NCBI GenBank assembly: GCA_029977605.1
Contig: JAPOKN010000003.1
Location: 1-51,134 of the forward strand
Direction: 5' to 3'
Origin: Methanobacteriota archaeon
GTDB lineage: Archaea; Thermoplasmatota; Poseidoniia; MGIII; CG-Epi1
Length of the DNA stretch: 51,134 bases
Every line of letters starts with the position of its first letter. Within the stretch, counting starts at the first letter, position 1. Position numbers and translations under genes: made by a program. The notes beneath the pieces were generated by a model, which worked only from the letters and a program-made list of their open reading frames with translations, searched no databases and was not told where the DNA came from. Shown here one piece after another: positions 47,603 to 51,134 of this stretch.

Positions 47603-47703
47603 AATACGATGGAAATATACGTACTTATACGCTTAACTGTCGTCAGTTGATCATGTTAGGCAGTTAACCAAAGGTTATAAGAATCCCCAAGCTGGGGAAT
47701 GTT

Positions 47704-48270
47704 ATGGATAGAATCGTAGTGGGTATTACTGGAGCTTCCGGAATTCCCTACGGAATTCGCCTCTTAGAAATTCTTAAAGAATTTGATGTAGAGATTCATT
47801 TAACGTGTAGCGACTCAGCCTCTTTGGTTAACAAACATGAGGGAGATGGAAGGAGTTGGAAGGATATTCTTTCTCTAGCAGATGTAGTTCACGATAGCAA
47901 AAATTTAGCTGCAAGTATCTCTTCAGGCTCTTTCAAAGCTAAAGCAATGGCTGTGATTCCTTGTTCAGGCACTACACTAGGTAAGCTTGCAGCAGGAATC
48001 TCTGATAATTTAGTTACAAGATCGGCTTTAGTAATGCTAAAAGAAAATAGACCTCTAATTCTAGTACCCAGAGAAACCCCTCTAAACACAATTTATATTG
48101 AAAATATGTTAAAATTGTCAAAAGCAGGAGCGCTTATGGTACCAGCATCGCCTGCGTTTTACAATAAGCCTAAAACGCTTGACGACAATATAAATTTTAT
48201 AGTTGGAAGGGTTCTTGATTTACTCGGTTATGATTCAGATATATTTTCTCGCTGGGAAGGAACTGAGTGA
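47704..48270 (+). CDS. ubiX: Flavin prenyltransferase UbiX
   Basis: 188 aa. RIVVGITGASGIPYGIRLLE, PCSGTTLGKLAAGISDNLVTR, LVPRETPL. Confidence 0.88.
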   Translation: MDRIVVGITGASGIPYGIRLLEILKEFDVEIHLTCSDSASLVNKHEGDGRSWKDILSLADVVHDSKNLAASISSGSFKAKAMAVIPCSGTTLGKLAAGISDNLVTRSALVMLKENRPLILVPRETPLNTIYIENMLKLSKAGALMVPASPAFYNKPKTLDDNINFIVGRVLDLLGYDSDIFSRWEGTE

Positions 48271-48386
48271 TTGCTGGAAACTGCAAAAAATGTGGAAATT
48301 TAGCGATTAATAGCTGTAAAGGCTGTTCAGACATTTTGTGTAAAGGTTGTTTTCAAAATCATTCTTGCAAGCCTTTGAGTTTTTAG
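48267..48386 (+). CDS. Candidate 39-aa Cys-rich zinc-finger mini-protein (cross-brace / HIT-like spacing)
   Basis: Not in the ORF track. Own translation from GTG 48267: (M/V)IAGNCKKCGNLAINSCKGCSDILCKGCFQNHSCKPLSF. The spacing is C-x2-C-x7-C-x2-C-x4-C-x2-C-x3-H-x-C. The GTG overlaps the ubiX TGA (GTGA), and an in-frame TGA lies immediately upstream, so this is the only possible start. Confidence 0.45.
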   Translation: MIAGNCKKCGNLAINSCKGCSDILCKGCFQNHSCKPLSF

Positions 48387-48399
48387 TACCCTCTTTATT

Positions 48400-49038
48400 G
48401 TGACATTAATGAATCCTCAAACCATTACTTTGGGAAATAGTGAAATTAGAATTTTGTCCACCGTAAAGGGTTTAGTTTCAGAATCAGATATTGTTGAGAG
48501 TGAAATAGAGTCTTTTGATCCTGATTTAGTAGCGCTCGGTATAGGTCCGGAAGAAGTTAATGGTACTAGAGAATGGGACGGTGAGCCTTACGATATGTCT
48601 GGATGGGATGAAATTTATGGCTTAAGCTTACGTAAAATTGTTGGAGATAAAGGTGTAAAGTTGCCTCCTCCTTCATTTAGTACTGCAATCAAGGTTTCAG
48701 ATTCTAAAAAAATAGATATTATTGGGATTGATATGGATGAAGAATCATTTACAGAGGCCTACACAAAAAATATATCTACATGGCAGTTATTCAAAAGGGG
48801 GAGATTAGAAAAATCAATGTCAAAAGCGGGTATCGAAGGTAAGACTCCTGAGGAAATTGCTTTGAATATGGAATCCTTAATCAGAGAACTCTCGGGCTTT
48901 GCTAAATTAGAAAGAGCGAGAGTAAAGGCTATGCTCACTAATTTGCGTGTTCAATCAGAAACTCGAAAGAAAATTTTAGCTGTCATTGAGATATCTAATG
49001 TTTCAGAGTTGGTCGTAGAATTAAAGCAGGAAAGCTAA
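48400..49038 (+). CDS. Hypothetical protein (weak TraB/GumN-like N-terminal pattern)
   Basis: 212 aa. IRILSTVKGLVSESDIVESEIESFDPDLVALGIGPEE has the shape of the TraB-family N-terminus but lacks its GTAH motif. An alternative ATG lies at 48409. Confidence 0.5.
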   Translation: MTLMNPQTITLGNSEIRILSTVKGLVSESDIVESEIESFDPDLVALGIGPEEVNGTREWDGEPYDMSGWDEIYGLSLRKIVGDKGVKLPPPSFSTAIKVSDSKKIDIIGIDMDEESFTEAYTKNISTWQLFKRGRLEKSMSKAGIEGKTPEEIALNMESLIRELSGFAKLERARVKAMLTNLRVQSETRKKILAVIEISNVSELVVELKQES

Positions 49039-49067
49039 TAACCTGTAGACAACAGTATCTTAGAACT

Positions 49068-49143
49068 GGGCTCGTGATGTAGCTTGGAAACATGCTGGGC
49101 TTCGAACCCAGATCCGGGGGTTCAAATCCCCCCGAGCCCGCCA
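49068..49143 (+). tRNA. tRNA-Arg (anticodon UCG), CCA encoded
   Basis: GGGCTCG-TG-ATGT-AGCTTGGAA-ACAT-G-CTGGG-CTTCGAA-CCCAG-ATCCG-GGGGG-TTCAAAT-CCCCC-CGAGCCC-G-CCA. Confidence 0.9.
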
Positions 49144-49144
49144 T

Positions 49145-49744
49145 CTAGTTTGGACGAATTATATCCCATGCATCATTCAATGAAGCATACTTTCTTCCGC
49201 CCAATCTGGCAAGAGGGTCGATTTTTGCAACATCTGGTTTACCATTTTCATCTAAAATAGAGTCATCAATGTGTATTCTAACAATTTCCACTAGAATCAT
49301 GTCACCAGGTGTGTTTCCAACTTCTATATGACGATATAATTTCCCTTCCATCGCGATGTGAGCTTCTTTTATTCTTGAAGGTTTTACATCTGTAGATTTC
49401 AATTTACTTATTCCAGCCATTTCAAACTCATCCTCTTCAGGAGGTAAGTCAGCTGATGTCATTACCATCTTTTCAGATAGTTCAATATTGGTCAAATGAA
49501 TAACACATTCTTTTGTGTCGAGTAAGTTCTGAGCAGTATCTTTGTGTTTTCCTTTTCTCTTTCCTATTCCTAACGAAACTATAGGCGGGTTTGCTGTTAC
49601 GCCGCCATAGAACGAAAACGGAGCTAAATTATCTATCCCTTTTTTAGAGATAGTTGATACCCAAGCAATAGGTCTGGGAATTAGTATTCGATAAAATATA
49701 CTAGTTATTTCTTTTAGTTCAGTGTCTGCGATTTTTATTTCCAT
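49145..49744 (-). CDS. Flavin reductase-like FMN-binding (split-barrel) domain protein
   Basis: 199 aa. LIPRPIAWVSTISKKGIDNLAPFSFYGGV is typical of the flavin reductase-like domain. Confidence 0.75.
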   Translation of the reverse strand: MEIKIADTELKEITSIFYRILIPRPIAWVSTISKKGIDNLAPFSFYGGVTANPPIVSLGIGKRKGKHKDTAQNLLDTKECVIHLTNIELSEKMVMTSADLPPEEDEFEMAGISKLKSTDVKPSRIKEAHIAMEGKLYRHIEVGNTPGDMILVEIVRIHIDDSILDENGKPDVAKIDPLARLGGRKYASLNDAWDIIRPN

Positions 49745-49745
49745 A

Positions 49746-50519
49746 TTATTCGAATTTAGGTTCTCTTTTTTCTAAAAATGCTTTGATTCCTTCCACAGCA
49801 TCCCCACTGTTTCCGCTGACTCGGTTCTTTTCACGCTCTCTTCTAAGTTCTTCATCTAATGACAAGCTATCTGACTCAAGGAGAAGTTTTTTTGTTTCTG
49901 CTAAAGCTATTTTTGGTCCTGCCGCAATTTCCTTTGCCATTTCCATAGTTCTTTGTTTGAGTTGCCCATCATTTACAACTTCATGCACTAAACCCCATTC
50001 CAGCATTTCTTCAGAGTTTAGAGTCTTACCACCAAAAAAGAGAGCTTGAGTTTTTCCAAGACCAATTAATCTTGGAAGAATGTATGTTGCACCTCCTGCA
50101 GGCACAAAGCCTCTTTTGAAATGTGCACTCAAAATCTTTGCAGATTCTGAAGCGATTCGATAATCGCCAGCTAAGGCAAATCCTAAAGATCCACCAGCAA
50201 CAACTCCATTTAGTGAATTAATGACAGGTTTTTCCATTCTTAGGATTGTAGAAAATATCGAATGTATTTGCTCAGTTAAGTCATAAAATAAGTCGCCAGC
50301 TTTGGGTAGATGTTCCCCCATTTCATTAACATCTCCACCTGATGAAAAAGCTCTTCCGTTTCCTGTAATTACTAAGCATTGTACAGATTTATCGCTAGCG
50401 GCATTTTTTACAGCTTGATTTAATTCTGTAGCCATTTTCAAATTTACTGAATTTAATTTTTTAGGCCTGTTTAAGATTATAGTTCTTATGTTTTCGTTAT
50501 TTTCAATTATTATTGTCAT
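49746..50519 (-). CDS. Enoyl-CoA hydratase/isomerase (crotonase) family protein
   Basis: 257 aa. ILNRPKKLNSV, ITGNGRAFSSGGDV, NGVVAGGSLGFALAGDYRIAS, EGIKAFLEKREPKF. Confidence 0.85.
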   Translation of the reverse strand: MTIIIENNENIRTIILNRPKKLNSVNLKMATELNQAVKNAASDKSVQCLVITGNGRAFSSGGDVNEMGEHLPKAGDLFYDLTEQIHSIFSTILRMEKPVINSLNGVVAGGSLGFALAGDYRIASESAKILSAHFKRGFVPAGGATYILPRLIGLGKTQALFFGGKTLNSEEMLEWGLVHEVVNDGQLKQRTMEMAKEIAAGPKIALAETKKLLLESDSLSLDEELRREREKNRVSGNSGDAVEGIKAFLEKREPKFE

Positions 50520-51134
50520 TTCTCTTCCTCGAGGTTGCTATTGCTAGTAAAGTTAGACTAGCTGAAATAAAACCGATTGATGGCGTGTCTCCATTTTCGG
50601 GATTTTGCATTGAAGTCAGATTCATGCTAATTAGAGTTAAATCTGCTTCTTCACCTTCATGGATTAGCCTATTATATTGCAATAAGTTGGAATTTTTGGA
50701 TATAGTTATTATTTGATTTCTTTCAACTTTTTCAATTATTTCACCACCAGCAGTTACGTTGTAAGCCGCACCCCAGCCCATGTTTTGTACAGTTACAGAA
50801 TTGTATGTTTCATCAATGATCTGCAAGTGTCCTCCTACTAAATCCAGATTTTCCCATGCTAGGTCATACATCAGTAGTTCATTACTCAAAGCGCCTCTGA
50901 TTGTTGTTGATACAATTGGTGACCATTGCATATCGTCGACTTCAACTATCAAACTTAGTGCAGCTCTCGCACCATAGCCCCATGCTATAGATTCTCCAGC
51001 ACCTCCGGGATCTCTGTAAGTTAGTCCTGACACATTAGCAGATTCATTTAAGAAATATTCATACAAATCCCAATCAGCGATAGGGACTGCAAATTCTCCA
51101 GTAATTTTCCATGGTAGAACAATATCGTTTGAGC
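50503..51134 (-). CDS. C-terminal part of a secreted/anchored protein, possibly M14 carboxypeptidase-like (the gene runs off the right edge)
   Basis: The reading frame stays open upstream of the track's TTG start through to the window end (...SNDIVLPWKITGEFAVPIADWDLYEYFLNE...). YRDPGGAGESIAWGYGARAALSLIVEV resembles the M14 pattern Y-x-x-x-G-x-x-x-D-W-x-Y...T-x-E-L. The C-terminus has a hydrophobic helix plus basic tail (PSIGFISASLTLLAIATSRKRNDNNN). Confidence 0.45.
   Translation of the reverse strand, partial: SNDIVLPWKITGEFAVPIADWDLYEYFLNESANVSGLTYRDPGGAGESIAWGYGARAALSLIVEVDDMQWSPIVSTTIRGALSNELLMYDLAWENLDLVGGHLQIIDETYNSVTVQNMGWGAAYNVTAGGEIIEKVERNQIITISKNSNLLQYNRLIHEGEEADLTLISMNLTSMQNPENGDTPSIGFISASLTLLAIATSRKRNDNNN

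Noticed and set aside
48267-48270. Programmed -1 frameshift fusing UbiX to the Cys-rich peptide
   Set aside because: The Cys-rich frame has an in-frame TGA (48264-48266) immediately upstream of its GTG. A frameshift before the ubiX stop would therefore terminate at once, and independent reinitiation at the GTG is the only workable model.

Overview
The window is a compact, AT-rich stretch of archaeal chromosome, roughly 90% coding by eye, with many start/stop overlaps. No searches were run. All calls rest on motif recognition in the supplied translations plus my own translation of gaps and window edges.

Core archaeal information-processing genes dominate:
- rpoK-eno-rps2
- rpl44e-rps27e-aIF2alpha-nop10-PAC2
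- a split 'str' cluster: rps12-rps7-EF2 ... EF1alpha-rps10
- TFS, aEF-1beta, Tsr3, HisRS and ThrRS
- four tRNAs (His, Ser, Thr, Arg)

Lipid and isoprenoid genes are prominent:
- GGGP synthase and a geranylgeranyl reductase
- an archaeal-type mevalonate operon (mvk, a UbiD-like decarboxylase, a fused aconitase-X dehydratase) with a divergent ubiX
- two bacterial-type PlsC-like acyltransferases

Other content:
- bacterial-type GroES/GroEL
- propionate and methylmalonyl-CoA enzymes
- two tandem PGF-CTERM surface proteins
- several uncharacterised membrane proteins

Together this suggests a streamlined marine Thermoplasmatota lineage such as Marine Group II (Poseidoniales). That placement is inference, not a computed result.

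I saw no rRNA, CRISPR array, transposase or integrase.

The most interesting candidates for undescribed biology are:
- three translationally coupled AIM24/DUF124 paralogs plus an MFS transporter, sitting inside the str cluster
- an AT-rich 793-aa orphan (beta-propeller, helical region, beta-sandwich) next to tRNA-Thr
- the mevalonate operon with a fused AcnX and a coupled DUF1499 gene
- a 39-aa Cys-rich mini-ORF coupled to ubiX
- a DUF2070 membrane protein coupled to GGGP synthase
- loss of the zinc-ribbon cysteines in L44e and S27e
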